Of a stretch of DNA of 64,000 nt, positions 25,758 to 37,759 are shown piece after piece. The DNA lies in assembly GCA_964016885.1 (NCBI GenBank), contig OZ024740.1, positions 109,988,001 through 110,052,000 on the forward strand, given 5' to 3'. Under the pieces are notes generated by a model. It was not told where the DNA came from. It did no database searches and worked only from the letters and a program-made list of their open reading frames with translations. The DNA is from Eledone cirrhosa. Taxonomy: Eukaryota. The position numbers and the translations under genes were made by a program. The stretch's first letter is position 1, and each line of letters begins with the position of its first letter.

Positions 25758-26089
25758 ATTAACAATAGTTTTTTTTTCTAATGAAGAGTGGAATAAAGGT
25801 TGCTATAGCAGGATTTGAAGTGCAAGCCTTATATGCAAAAAAAAAAACAAGAAAAAAAACAACATTTCACTATGTCTGTGTGGAGGGGGTGGGGGGGGGG
25901 TATGAAATGTTTGGCTAAGTTAATTGGTAATTGTCCAAATTAAATATACCACTCAATAAATTTGGCAGCTGATGTTGTCTCAAAGTTAAAAGGTTACAAA
26001 TAAAATAATGATTTCATAGAGACACACAGTTAGTCTTAGTAAAGACCACAATCTGAGTAAGTAGGAAAGACAAGACAAGACTCAGATAC

Positions 26090-26790
26090 TATCAGGGAAA
26101 TGACAGTGCTCAATATGTAAAAAAATGAAGTAAGTTGAGACTATATATGATGTACACAATGTAAAATATTAGTACACAAGTGGTGTAATGAGATGTCAGG
26201 CAGACTAACAGAAAAGGTAGACCTTATATGTGGCAGTTGCTTACGGATGGTGGGTAGTAAAGCATTAGTGATGTATATTTTTCCCAAATACCAGGAAGCT
26301 ACCATAGTAATAGTTGATAGCTGCTGTAACCTAGGTGACCTAATAAGCAATAAAGGAGGTTGCTCTGAAAGCATAGTAGCTAAATGGTAGACATTTAATG
26401 AGTTACTGCCCTTGCTGGCAACTAAGAGTTTCTCACTGTCTGACAGACGGAATGATGCCTGAGTGTGAAGTGTAATGTTGAATGTAGATGATATGCAAAG
26501 GTTGGAGAGAAATAATGTGAGCATGCTCCCACAAATGTGTAATGTTAATGTTCATGAACAGTGAAGCATAAATGAGCTGATAGTAACCTTGTGCATATGA
26601 AGAATCAGATGTGTGCAAGAGAGAAGATTGCACTGGTCTGTTATGTGATGTATGTGGCTGGTGATCATTGGGTTAAAAAGTAGCAAGAGACCCAGTGGAA
26701 GGAAGATGCAGTAGTGGAGGAAAGTTGTACTGGAAAAGACCCATTCAACCCATGAAAACATGGAAAAACAAATGTAAAATGATGTTGGTG
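26090..26790 (+). pseudogene. Highly decayed RTE RT C-terminal fragment
   Basis: IVDSCCNLGDLISNKGGCSESIVA resembles the RTE motif VDSFCYLGD..GGGCSES. Many stops. Confidence 0.75.
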
Positions 26791-26934
26791 GTGATGCACA
26801 AGGCCAGGAATTTTTGTTTGGGAGGGTACTTTTGCTTGCCCCTTTTGATACCCAATCTCTCTGAATCCACTCCTGAGTCTATGATACAAAACTGTTCTTG
26901 AATAGCAGACAGAGAAGGTTCTCATATACAAGTG

Positions 26935-26940
<6 letters not shown>

Positions 26941-27006
<66 letters not shown>
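26941..27006. repeat. (AG)n microsatellite
   Basis: Pure dinucleotide run. Confidence 0.95.
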
Positions 27007-27010
<4 letters not shown>

Positions 27011-27964
27011 TGAGTGTGTGTGTGTGTGTATGTGTGCTCACACAAGCCAATGAGCAAGAAATAGAACTCACACATACGGGGAAATAAAGAGAGATCATAC
27101 AAAGAAGTGAAAGAGAGAACTCTCACATAGAAGAGGTAGAAACATTTTCTGAGGATGAAAAATCTGTGTAAAGAAAGAGAATTACTGCAAGACACTGACT
27201 GGCATATTTTCCAGTCATTAATTATGATTTTATATTCCACCACTCTATATTGGCAATTGGTCAAACATATGTAAATGAAAGACAATGTTGTCTAGCTGGT
27301 CTGTCAAGGATTCATCTGGGTATTGCTACTAAACAGAACAATAACCAAACAATAAGAACTGACGAAATCCAATATGTCAGACTTTGTGGCTTATGAAGTT
27401 GTCATCATCATCATCATCTTTTTTTGTCCACTTATTCCTGGGAGGATTGTGGGGGCAGAGTCTTCAAGCAAGCCTTCCAGTGGCTCATGTTAGAAGCAAT
27501 TGTCTCCAATTGATCTGGTTAGATCCTCAAATGAAACCAGCTGAGTTCATGGATGTTATCCAATCACCTTGGTCAAGTTTTGCCCCTGGGTCACCTGCTG
27601 GTTTGTTTGCCCCGCTTATGAAGTGTTTATTTTAAATCTGAAGGTGATAATATGTTTATTGTTATTTGTATCTTCATTGTGCTGTATGTACCTGGTCTAG
27701 AATAAGTACACCATACCCTGCATATTATAAGAAGTTACTAAAAAGGTTGGTGCCAGGAATGGCACATGGACATAAAACAATTCCTCAGAAAGGACTCCAT
27801 GATGAGTGTGATAAAGTCTGTCATGACACTCCCACAAGGCTAACCCCTGCTGTACTGATTATGTAGTATGGGTATGACACTCTATAGAATTTGTACACTA
27901 TATCCCTACATATTCTACAAGGCAACAAAAAAGGGTTGGTGTCAGGAAAGGTATTTAGTTGTTA

Positions 27965-28529
27965 TCTATATATCTAAAACAGAGAATGTCTGTCTGTCTG
28001 ACTCACTAAAACTCGAGAACCACCCAACCGATTGTCCTGAGAGTTTTGAGCAAAAAAAATTTCAAATTTTCAATGCCTTAGGGACCACATTAGGCGATTT
28101 AGCGATCTCTCTCTATAATTCTTAGTCTTTCTTTTTAAATAGATACATAGATATAATGTTGCGCCCTTATAATATCTGTCTGTATGTCTGGCTGTCTGCA
28201 TTACGACATTATGATGTCACTATATGTGTGTGTGTATGTATATATAGTGTGTTACATTTTTCGAAATATTTACTTCTGCATTCACAGATTGATTTTTTTA
28301 GTTTCAGAAGACCCTGTTAAGGGTGAAAGCAGCGATTCTTTGCTTAAACTTTAATCTGTTATTTTAATATATATATATAATTATATATTCATGTAGAGAT
28401 ATTTTTGCATACACAATAACAAAATATAAACAAACATATTTATTTCACGAGGCTCGATAAGGATAAATATATATCAAATATATAAGAACCCTAGAGCAAA
28501 TCCTGAGCAACGCCGGGCCATTCTGCTAG
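27965..28529 (+). mobile_element. Non-autonomous Helitron
   Basis: 5' A|TCTATATATCTAAAA with (GTCT)n near the start; 3' imperfect hairpin CCTGAGCAACGCCGGG, then CTAG|T; inserted between A and T. Confidence 0.75.
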
Positions 28530-28588
28530 TAAATATTGCCATAATATAGTTATTATATATACTGTACAGTTGTTACACATTCTATATT

Positions 28589-29641
28589 ACCAGATAGAAA
28601 AATGCGTACAGCAAAAAAAAGTAATATTGTTGGAATATAAACCTTTAAAAATACAGGACAAGAAATTAAAATAAAACTTTAAAAGAATAGGACAAGGAAC
28701 TAAGATAAAACTTTAAAAGAATAGGACAAGAAACTAAGATAAAACTTTACAGAATTGGACAAGAAATAAAAAATTTTACAATAATATTAGTGGCAAAATT
28801 TTTATTGGTAAAAAATCGAGTTCCACATTCATAGGCTCTGGGTTCCACATTCAGAGGTCGTCGTCAGACCCGGGGATCATTTGATCCTGGTTTGAACACC
28901 AATTGGGCCATAACCGTACCCCTATTTCATCATTCGGCGACACGCCTCATGTGTCATGCATAATGTGAATGGACCCATGCGCCCATGAGCACAGATCTTG
29001 AGCAGCAGCGGATGGTCTTGTTGTCCCACTCATCCTTGATCTTGACCAACCCGTCCATCTTCTCCTTGCATCTTGTCCTTGAGTTCAAGTCCGGCAGTTC
29101 AGATGAATGCGTGCCACAGCTTTCTGGTACAGGAAGGGGGAGCAGGAGGACTGGAGGGATGACGGGACAGAGGGAGGACCGGTGGTTGAGGGAGGTGCCG
29201 TAGTCGGTGGTCAGAGTCGACATCTTGTCCCGGTCGTCTTCATCTTCGTCTGGTGTTGCGGGACCAGAAGTGCATTCTTGGAGGAGACCTGCAGCTGCAT
29301 CGGCCAATTCTTCTTGCAATGGTCATTCTGACGGAGCAGAACTGCTCAGCCAACCAACCCCAACCAGAACCAACCGCTCAGGGGCAACGCACAATGAGAG
29401 CATGACAATTATTATGCACTAATCAAGAAGATACTGGGGCATAGCACAGGAAACGAATAAAAAAATTTTGCCACTAATATTATTGTAAAATTTTTTATTT
29501 CTTGTCCAATTCTTTAAAGTTTTATTTTAGTTTCTTGTCCTATTCTTTTAAAGTTTTATTTTAGTTTTTTGTCCTGTATTTTTAAAGGTTTATATTCCAA
29601 CAATATTACTTTTTTTTGCTGTACGCATTTTTCTATCTGGT
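28589..29641. repeat. Inverted repeat (28589-28806 / 29457-29641) with ~31-bp subrepeats, around a GC-rich core
   Basis: ACCAGATAGAAAAATGCGTACAGC... is matched by its reverse complement. The left arm carries one more GGACAAG..AAAACTTT subunit than the right. Confidence 0.9.
28954..29319 (-). CDS. Hypothetical protein fragment (acidic/Pro-rich, then helical) inside the inverted repeat
   Basis: 121-aa non-microsatellite ORF in GC-rich, coding-like sequence. No family recognised. Confidence 0.3.
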   Translation of the reverse strand: MQEELADAAAGLLQECTSGPATPDEDEDDRDKMSTLTTDYGTSLNHRSSLCPVIPPVLLLPLPVPESCGTHSSELPDLNSRTRCKEKMDGLVKIKDEWDNKTIRCCSRSVLMGAWVHSHYA

Positions 29642-29886
29642 CTACTATTTTTTAAGGCAATGCAAGCAACAACTATCTAATAATTAAATGATCATAGTGA
29701 ATTTTAAAGTTCTTTTGAGTATAATTGCAATCTAGTTGAGGCAACTGGCTTAATGACAAAGCTAGTAAATCATGAATGCATTTGAGATGATTAGTGCATA
29801 ATAGTGAATTGGTGAAACTTGTGCATTTCAATGGTGTTACAACAATAGATGTAAGTAGTAATACTTTATCATTTTAACTTTTTAGA

Positions 29887-30246
29887 ATGGACAAAAACCC
29901 ATGCAAAGAAATGACTTTGACTGCAGTGATTCTCTCCAATTTACTTACAAAGCAAAACGTGGTCAAATACCTTATCATCTCTGATAAAATGCCCATTGAA
30001 TCACTGAAAATCGGATGCATGGAATTCCTCATAAAATGCACCTATGAATCGGAAGCCATCACATATATCAATGGATATAGGGAGTTGTTCACACTGGAAG
30101 ACCATCACTTCATTTGTGACTTCATCAGTTATCTCCACGATTATCTCAGACACCCAATGCCATTGATGAGAGGTGATCCAATGTGTGAGCATGTAACTAA
30201 TCTTATAGAAGTTGTTATCGACCACCTGGCTTTTAGTGACATTTGA
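29887..30246 (+). CDS. Hypothetical 119-aa protein with BACK/SPOP-C-terminal-like helical pattern
   Basis: LLTKQNVVKYLIISDKMPIESLKIGCMEFL resembles the post-BTB pattern (L..eNv...L..Ad.....Lk..c..FI). An acceptor-like TTTTAG lies just before the ATG. Confidence 0.45.
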   Translation: MDKNPCKEMTLTAVILSNLLTKQNVVKYLIISDKMPIESLKIGCMEFLIKCTYESEAITYINGYRELFTLEDHHFICDFISYLHDYLRHPMPLMRGDPMCEHVTNLIEVVIDHLAFSDI

Positions 30247-30426
30247 CTGATTTGACTGATAATGATGTATTTTTAAAAAGTATGTGTACATTCTTGTTAC
30301 TATTTTAAGGCAATGCAAGCAACAACTATTTAATAAAATTTAAATTTAAAAATGACCATTGTGCATTACTAGTATGATGACATTTTATTAAGTCACAAAA
30401 TTAGTCAGTCAGTCATAGAACAAGGA

Positions 30427-31180
30427 TCAGGTGGCAAAAACATTGGCAAAAATTTGTGTCAATTTAAGATTTGCAACATTGTTCAAATGAATCATATCTG
30501 GTTTGAAGTCAGATTTGTCAAATTTTGACCAATTTTCAATGTTGTGAAGATTGGGCAAGTTCAATTTTTGAATCATTTCTTTCATGCAGTAATTAAACTT
30601 TTCCAAACGAGAATTTCTCTTGCCCAAGTCATTTTTATTTTCAATTACACTTTGTGGACATGGAATGACACCACTGTAGAAAATGGGTGTACAGTGGTGC
30701 TTTTCTGCTATTTTCTGTAGCCTTGCAAAGAGACTCTTCCCCTGTTTTTCCGGTTTTGTGCCTCGAATGGGCACTTTGTCCTTAATTTACAAATAAATGA
30801 TTAATAAAAAATACTTGGGCAAAAATTATTGTATTACTTTGCACAGCTTTGTAGTACCAACGGTGCGACGAGGATTCAGATCATTAGAGCCGACATGAAC
30901 CACCAATACTTTCACAAAAAGACAACAGATAACAATGTTGGCGATTAACATTACCTGGCCCTGACGGGTCCCAGGTATACAAAATATCTAAGTATTTTTG
31001 TTGGTATGATAAGTAAATACATTTGAATTAATACTTTTATACCTTCTGGTCATTCGATTTCGCCACATTTCTAATTATGGATTTGTAAAAACTGGCATGA
31101 ATGTGAATTTGATCAGTCCAATTGCCCGATTTTAGTGAAAAGTTTTGATTCGAAATGGAAATACTCCATTTCCGTGCCAT
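30427..31180 (-). CDS. Spliced SGNH/GDSL-hydrolase (esterase)-like gene, 3 exons: 31180-31043, 30987-30838, 30780-30427 (~213 aa)
   Basis: Two phase-0 GT-AG introns (55 and 57 nt) join one open frame carrying SIIRNV (block I-like), CIPG (block II), VVHVGSND (block III), IFYSGVIP and DMIHLN (block V). Confidence 0.75.
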
Positions 31181-31271
31181 GGAAAAAATGAATAAGCCGA
31201 TCAAAAAGCCGCGAAATATCCTTTTTAATTAAGCGAAATTAGTGGATGCAAATCTCAGAAAATATTGTACA

Positions 31272-31381
31272 CTATTCGCACCTATCGCACTATTCGCGCC
31301 TATCGGTACAAAAATATAGCGCATTATTCGCACCTATCGGTACAAAAATATAGCGTACTATTCGCACCTATCGGTACAAAA
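31272..31381. repeat. Short CpG-rich tandem repeat (TATTCGCACCTATCGGTACAAAAATATAGCG)
   Basis: Four TATTCGC(A/G)CCTATCG copies. ACAAAGGTGTC repeats follow at 31554-31620. Confidence 0.8.
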
Positions 31382-32719
31382 AAAATCGCACGACTGTTAA
31401 TAATACTAGAAGTGCAAACTATCTGTTGAATACCTGGTATATGAAGAGCAACCGATACGATCGGTCGGCGATCGGTCTTGAAGAAGAATGAAGAATGAAG
31501 TGAAATCTTGGTCTGGTTGTTGTCATCGGTGTTTCGCAGAGATGCCGGCACGAACAAAGGTGTCAGTGACACAAAGTTGTCCGCTTGAACAAAGGTGTCG
31601 GCCCGACAAAGGTGTCAGTCAGACAGACAGTGAGACAGTGTCACAGTCGGTGACAAAGTGATCGATGCGATTAAAAAAAATTTAACTCACATGTTTACCT
31701 ATATTTTCGCAAACTATTGATAGATTGGTACAAAAAATAGCTTTGATAATAAACATAAATTTTTAACGAAGTATTTAAAAAGCATTTTAGCAGTGAAAAG
31801 TGAAATAATGTTTCACACTGACGCAAGTAGGGCCGTTCAGAAATGACGTAGTCAATTAGGAGGAGGGGATTCGGCGATTTGACTATACATTTGACTAACG
31901 TAATCACAATCACAAGAGTTCCACCGAAAAAAATTCGTCATTTCTGGATTACCTCCCCTAGCGTCATGCTTACTACTCACTCACTTGAACACAAGATTTA
32001 TCAGCAAACTTTGATTATAAACTTTTTCCCGCTGGACCAAATTTCTAGATTTTTAAGCCAAAAGATGCGTAATGATCTACTGTTCATGCTCATATAAGTT
32101 TTATCTCAGTTAAATAAAGTAGAGCCGCGCTGTACTGTCGTAAACAGACGATTGCCAACGAAAACACGACCACAACAATATTACTAAACGGACTACCGTC
32201 CGTTTAGGATTGTTAACCTATGAAATCATGGAAAATGGATGGTAAGCGATGATGATGTTACACAATAGTTGCTATATATACTATTGTTACACTGAAAACC
32301 TTGTCTTTAGAGACAAAAGATCATCATCATCATCATTAACCTCCATTTTCTTTGCTAGCATGGGTTAGACAGGTCCCATTTGAGGCAAGTTGGGTCAGGT
32401 GACCATGTCTTACTCATATAGAACTGCTTCTGGCTAGGTTTCTATGGTTGGATGCCCTTCCTAATGCCAACCACATTTACAGTGTGTAAAGATATTAAAT
32501 TAAATAAAAAAACACAAAAAAAGACTCAACAGCAACAAGAGCAGGGTAAATTGTTGCTGTTGATTCAGTTACGTTTATTTCTTTTGTTTAATTGAACAGA
32601 ATAGAATTTCAGAGGGGAATAGGGATAGGGTGAGAAGAGAAATAAAGCATTACACATACATACACAAACTGTGTATGTGATGCATATATGTATATATAAC
32701 CAAAATATACATATACATC

Positions 32720-32754
<35 letters not shown>

Positions 32755-32917
32755 TAGAATTGGAGCTCTATATATATAACTAACAACATGCACACTCACT
32801 CCTATCCATTCTACTCCATTTTCTTTTTTTTTTCTTCTCTATACATCTCTCTTTTTTTCTTTACTTCTATATTTCTAGTTCTTCTGCATCCCACACATCC
32901 TCTTTTCTCTCATTCTC

Positions 32918-32953
32918 TCTTCTGATGAAAGTCTAGTGTCTGAAACATTAGGA
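32918..32953 (+). ncRNA. Degenerate minimal hammerhead motif (same family as 13248)
   Basis: TCTT-CTGATGA-AAGTCTAGTGTCT-GAAAC-ATT-AGGA. Stem II is decayed. Confidence 0.45.
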
Positions 32954-33046
32954 CTTTCCCAACTATATCAATCGTTAAATTAATCAAGTAATATATCATC
33001 ATTGTATTGCATTGTTCTCTTTGTTATTTTTCCTGGTTGGTTTTAC

Positions 33047-33108
<62 letters not shown>

Positions 33109-33139
33109 ATATGTGTATGTAGAAATATAAAATGTACAG

Positions 33140-33179
<40 letters not shown>

Positions 33180-33339
33180 TCATCATCATCATCATCATCA
33201 TCAGCGTTTAACGTCCGTGTTCCACGCTTGCATGGGTTTGGACGGGGGTAGTCCCACTTGAGGCAAGAGTGATTGTCTTGCTCGCATATATCATCATCAT
33301 CATCATCATCATCGTTTAAAAAATATATATATATATATT

Positions 33340-33442
33340 TAATTGTTTCTACTTTAGGCACAAGGCCAGCAATTACCCAGTGTATTACTGGTACTTTATT
33401 TTATCGACCCCGTAAGGATGAAAGGCAAAGTAAACCTCAGCG
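33340..33442 (-). mobile_element. SINE family 1 3' part
   Basis: Reverse complement of the 2840-2935 core and tail. Confidence 0.8.
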
Positions 33443-34719
33443 GTTTAATGATATACAAACACAGAGATATGCATATTCAAATATACTACTTCATTTTCTT
33501 TTTCCTGTTATATAAACATACAAAGCTATCTACAAATAAAAGTTTGAAGAAAGAGACAGAGAGAATAATAATAAATTACAAAGATGGTCTCTTTGTAAAA
33601 TAAAAATCAAACTTCAAAGACAGGCCAATAATGCTGTAGTGTAGATTAGAATCTGCCAGCCTAAGGCTATTTTTTTCTCTCTCTTCCTACTCCACTCTCT
33701 CCCCCACACACACTATATACATATAGTTTCCATCACTTTTACAAACAGTGTGTGTGCTGTTACATGCACACATACATGCTATATATTATATACACTTGTA
33801 GATAAGTCACAGATTTCTTTCTTTTTACTGAAATATAGTGTGCGAAAAAATGCCTGCGATTTATCTTCCAAACCTTGCTCTGGGCTTGAAATTTGCAGCA
33901 CACAGTAACACACATACATATTCTGTCTCCAATCACATCTATAGACACTGTATGCTGCTAGTAGTAACACTCAAGAGAAAAGATGTGGTGATAGCACATG
34001 TTACTATTGTTAAATAGTGAGAAATAAAAACAAAACAAAACAACAAAAACCTCCGAAGAAATGCTGCAGAATCCTTAGAACATTGAACAAAATACCATTC
34101 TGATTACAAATGATGCTAAGTTTGTCTTTACTTTTCCTTCTGCCAAGGACAATAAAATAAATATAATAGTAGAGTACCTCGAGTTATATGAGGACCCCCC
34201 CCCCTCCTTACCTGAACCCATGATCCATAAGAGTAATGACCCATTGATGGATTGCTCTAGTTCAATTCTGGGCAAATTGTGGCCTGTTTGGCTTTCTAAA
34301 TGGCAGGCTTAATTTCAAAACAGTCTTGAATTGTTTAGTAGTGTGGCCTGCCTTATGATGAGCCACATATTATGTGGCTCACTGGTGTGATCAACATCAT
34401 GGATAAATAAATAGTAAATGTTTAATATAGAGTGTTAGGGTGGTAGGTTCACATTGAGAAAGTTGTGGATTCAATTCCACCACCAGGTGGCCTAATGTGT
34501 CCATGAACGAAGTACTCCATTTCACATTGCTCTTAACATTGGTTAACCTGAGGCTACAGTAGAAACCACTTGGTTAAGGTGCCATATATTGGAAATGAAC
34601 CTGGGACCATGTAGGTGCAAAGTGAACTCCATAGACACACGACCATGTCTGTGCTCACACTCACACATACATACATACACACACACACAATATAAACTAT
34701 TTTTTGGTTTGTATCAAAG

Positions 34720-35270
34720 CACACATACACTCATATACACACATACAGTCATACCCACACATACAGTCATATCCACGCATACACTCATATACACACATAG
34801 TCATATCCACACATACTCATGTACACACATACAGTCGTGTACACACATAGTCATGTACACACATAGTCATGTACACACATGCAGTTGTGTACACACATAG
34901 TCATGTACATACATACAGTCGTGTACACACATACAGTCGTGTACACACATACAGTCATGTACACACATACACTCATGCACACACAGTCGTGTACACACAT
35001 AGTCGTCTACACAAATAGTTGTGTACACACATACAGTTGTGTACACACATACAGTCATGTACACACATAGTCATGTACACACATACAGTCGTGTACACAT
35101 AAAGTCATGTACACACATACAGTCGTGTACATAGTCATGTACACACATACAGTCATGTACACACATACAGTCATGTACATACATACAGTCGTGTACATAG
35201 TCATGTACACACATACAGTCATGTACACACATACAGTCATGTACATACATACAGTCGTGTACAAACATAC
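34720..35270. repeat. Minisatellite (ACACATACAGTCATGTAC, ~16-18 bp unit)
   Basis: Tandem copies visible directly. Confidence 0.9.
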
Positions 35271-35574
35271 ATTTGTGTACTCAAAGTCACAAAACAATAC
35301 TGTTAATAACATAAACTAATAAACTGAATCAGTTAAAGAGGAAAGATATGTAGACAAATCAATAAAAAAAATATTTCCTTATTTCATTAAAGATGTTGAA
35401 ATATATATATATATACATATATATATGTGTGTGTCTGGGTGTGTCATCGTATATATGTGTGTATACACGTGTACACATATGTAAACGTATACGTGTACAC
35501 ATATGAAGCACATGTTCTCAAGTATAGTTTGTTAATTTGTTGTGGAACTAACTGTCTCTCTCTCTATATATACA

Positions 35575-35830
35575 TATCATCATCATCATCATCAGTTAAT
35601 GTCTATCTTCCACACTAGCATGGGTTAGACAAGGTTAGAGGCAAGTTGGGTCGGGTGACCGTGTCTCACTCATATAGGACTGTTTCTGGCAGGTTTTCAA
35701 TGGTTGGATGCCCTTCCTAGCACCAATCACATTTACAGTGTGTGCTGGGTGCTTTGCCATGTCTTTTACACGACCACTTTACAGTGTAGGCTGGGTGCCT
35801 TTTGTCATGACACCTACACGACCACTTTAC
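35575..35830 (-). mobile_element. RTE 3' UTR-type fragment with 2-3 internal ~48-bp units
   Basis: (CAT)n, GGATGCCCTTCCTAG and repeated CCACTTTACAGTGT..GGGTGC. Confidence 0.7.
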
Positions 35831-36316
35831 ATATGTATATATCTGATGATTTCATATGGATAAAACAGCTCCACTCCTGTAGAAGTCATTTCTATATAAC
35901 ACACACTTCTATATACATACAGTATATGTGTGTGTGTGTAGCAACATCTAATTATTATTGGTGGTTATATATGTATACATTGGTACATTGATTTTCAATT
36001 AAAGGGACTAAAACATTAAAGGAACATACATTGTATATATTTGTGTGTATGGAATAATATATAGAACCATAAATGTAAAAGTGAAAATAGATAAAATTAA
36101 TAGATAAATTAATGATATGAAATATGAAAAGTAAATATATCCTCCTAAAGTAACAATAACATTGCAATACTTTAAATTAATGTTTAACAATAAAGGAAAA
36201 ATAATTAAAATGGTCTTCACCTTTTTATCTTGTAATTTTGTTTATGGAGGAAATTTGAAAATGAAAGATTAAAACGTTAGATAATAGAAATGAAACAGAC
36301 ATAGGTGTTCTATCTA

Positions 36317-36370
<54 letters not shown>

Positions 36371-36378
<8 letters not shown>

Positions 36379-36800
36379 TAACTGGAAAATATCTTTATAA
36401 AACCATATTTTATTATACGTATTTCAAGAGTACTAATATTTAAGTACGTTTTCGTAAGATAAAATATAATTGTTTCTACTTTTGGCACAAGGCCAGCAAT
36501 TACCCAGTGCATTACTGGTACTTTATTTCATCGACCCCATAAGGATGAAAGGTAAAGTTAACCTCGACGGGATTTGAACTCAGACTGTAAAGGGACGTAA
36601 CTATGATGGAAAGCATGGCGTCCGACCCTCTACCGATACTGCCAGTGAACTTAATGTTATAAGTTCTATCTCACTGAACTTAACACCAATTATTATATTT
36701 TATCTGATGAAAGCGTACTTAAATATTAGTACCCTTGAAATACGTATAATAAAATAAATATGATTTTATAAAAATATTTTCCATTTATTAATATTATTGA
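36371..36800. mobile_element. Penelope-like inverted repeat (36371-36470 / 36687-36800) interrupted by a SINE family 1 copy (36470-36645, minus strand)
   Basis: The arms are reverse complements and each contains a hammerhead motif. Confidence 0.75.
36697..36755 (+). ncRNA. Minimal type I hammerhead ribozyme with intact core
   Basis: Stem I ATTTTAT/ATAAAAT; CTGATGA; stem II AAG.GTACT/AGTAC.CTT; GAAA; palindromic stem III ATACGTAT; AUA cleavage triplet. Confidence 0.8.
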
Positions 36801-37759
36801 TATTAATGGTACTCCGGATAAAACTGTTGAGTGCTTCTAATCTGTTGTAAAATTAACTTTGTTGAATAATCAACAAACCAAATAACTCACTATTTATATA
36901 TATATATATGTGTTGTTATATTTGGGGATGGTTAAGTTACCAATATTGCCAATAAAAAGAAACACATGCACCCTATAACTTTCACTTCATCTTTATCTTT
37001 ATCTTTCTCATTCTTTTGTCACACATTCTGTTACCTCCCCAATGACTATCTGTTCTCTTTCATCATGCCTCTTCTTTCTGGTCTTAAACTTCTACTCTGT
37101 CTATACATATCTTTTTATCTATCTATCTATCTGTGTATCTCTCTCCATAAATATCTAACTATCTATTCATGTCTGTCTGTCAATAGATATCTTTCTATCT
37201 GTCTGTCTATCCTATCTATACACTATCTATCTATTTATACCTTGACCAAAGCCATGGCTACGTGGTTAGGCAGTTTGCTTTAGAAACATGTTTCAAGGTT
37301 CGGTCCTTCTGTATAGTAATTTGGACAAGTGTCTTTACTTGGATTAACAACTCAAGCTCTGTGAGTAAAACTGGTAAGGAGGGAACGGTATGGAAGCCTG
37401 TCAGAAGGATTATATCTAGAATTAAGATGTCCTTGCCACATTGATTTGTCTTGTAAAGTACCTCAACCTTTCATCATTTAAGCCGGCTGTATCCGGTTAG
37501 AACTCTCTCACCTATTTCTGTTCAAACCATCTGTATCTGGCCACTCATACCAATGTTAAGGTATTGTTCTTGAAATAAATAACATTAAAATCTCATAGAT
37601 TCGATATTTTGTGAGATGATTATGTGGGATAAAGTCTTTGTGAAAATACAATAGTAAATATAGAATATGTGGAATACTCAACCACATACATGTTAATTCA
37701 TGAAGAGAATGTTCAGTTGATCAACATTTGAATATTAACCAATGTGTACATATAAATAC

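Noticed and set aside
29851-29885. GTAAGT..TTTTAG as a coding intron extending the BACK-like ORF upstream
   Set aside because: Only 35 nt long, and the joined upstream frame has an immediate TAG. At most a UTR intron.
30913-30954. Apparent donor CAG|GTAATG within SGNH exon 2
   Set aside because: The frame reads through without stops and preserves block II-III spacing, so no intron is needed.
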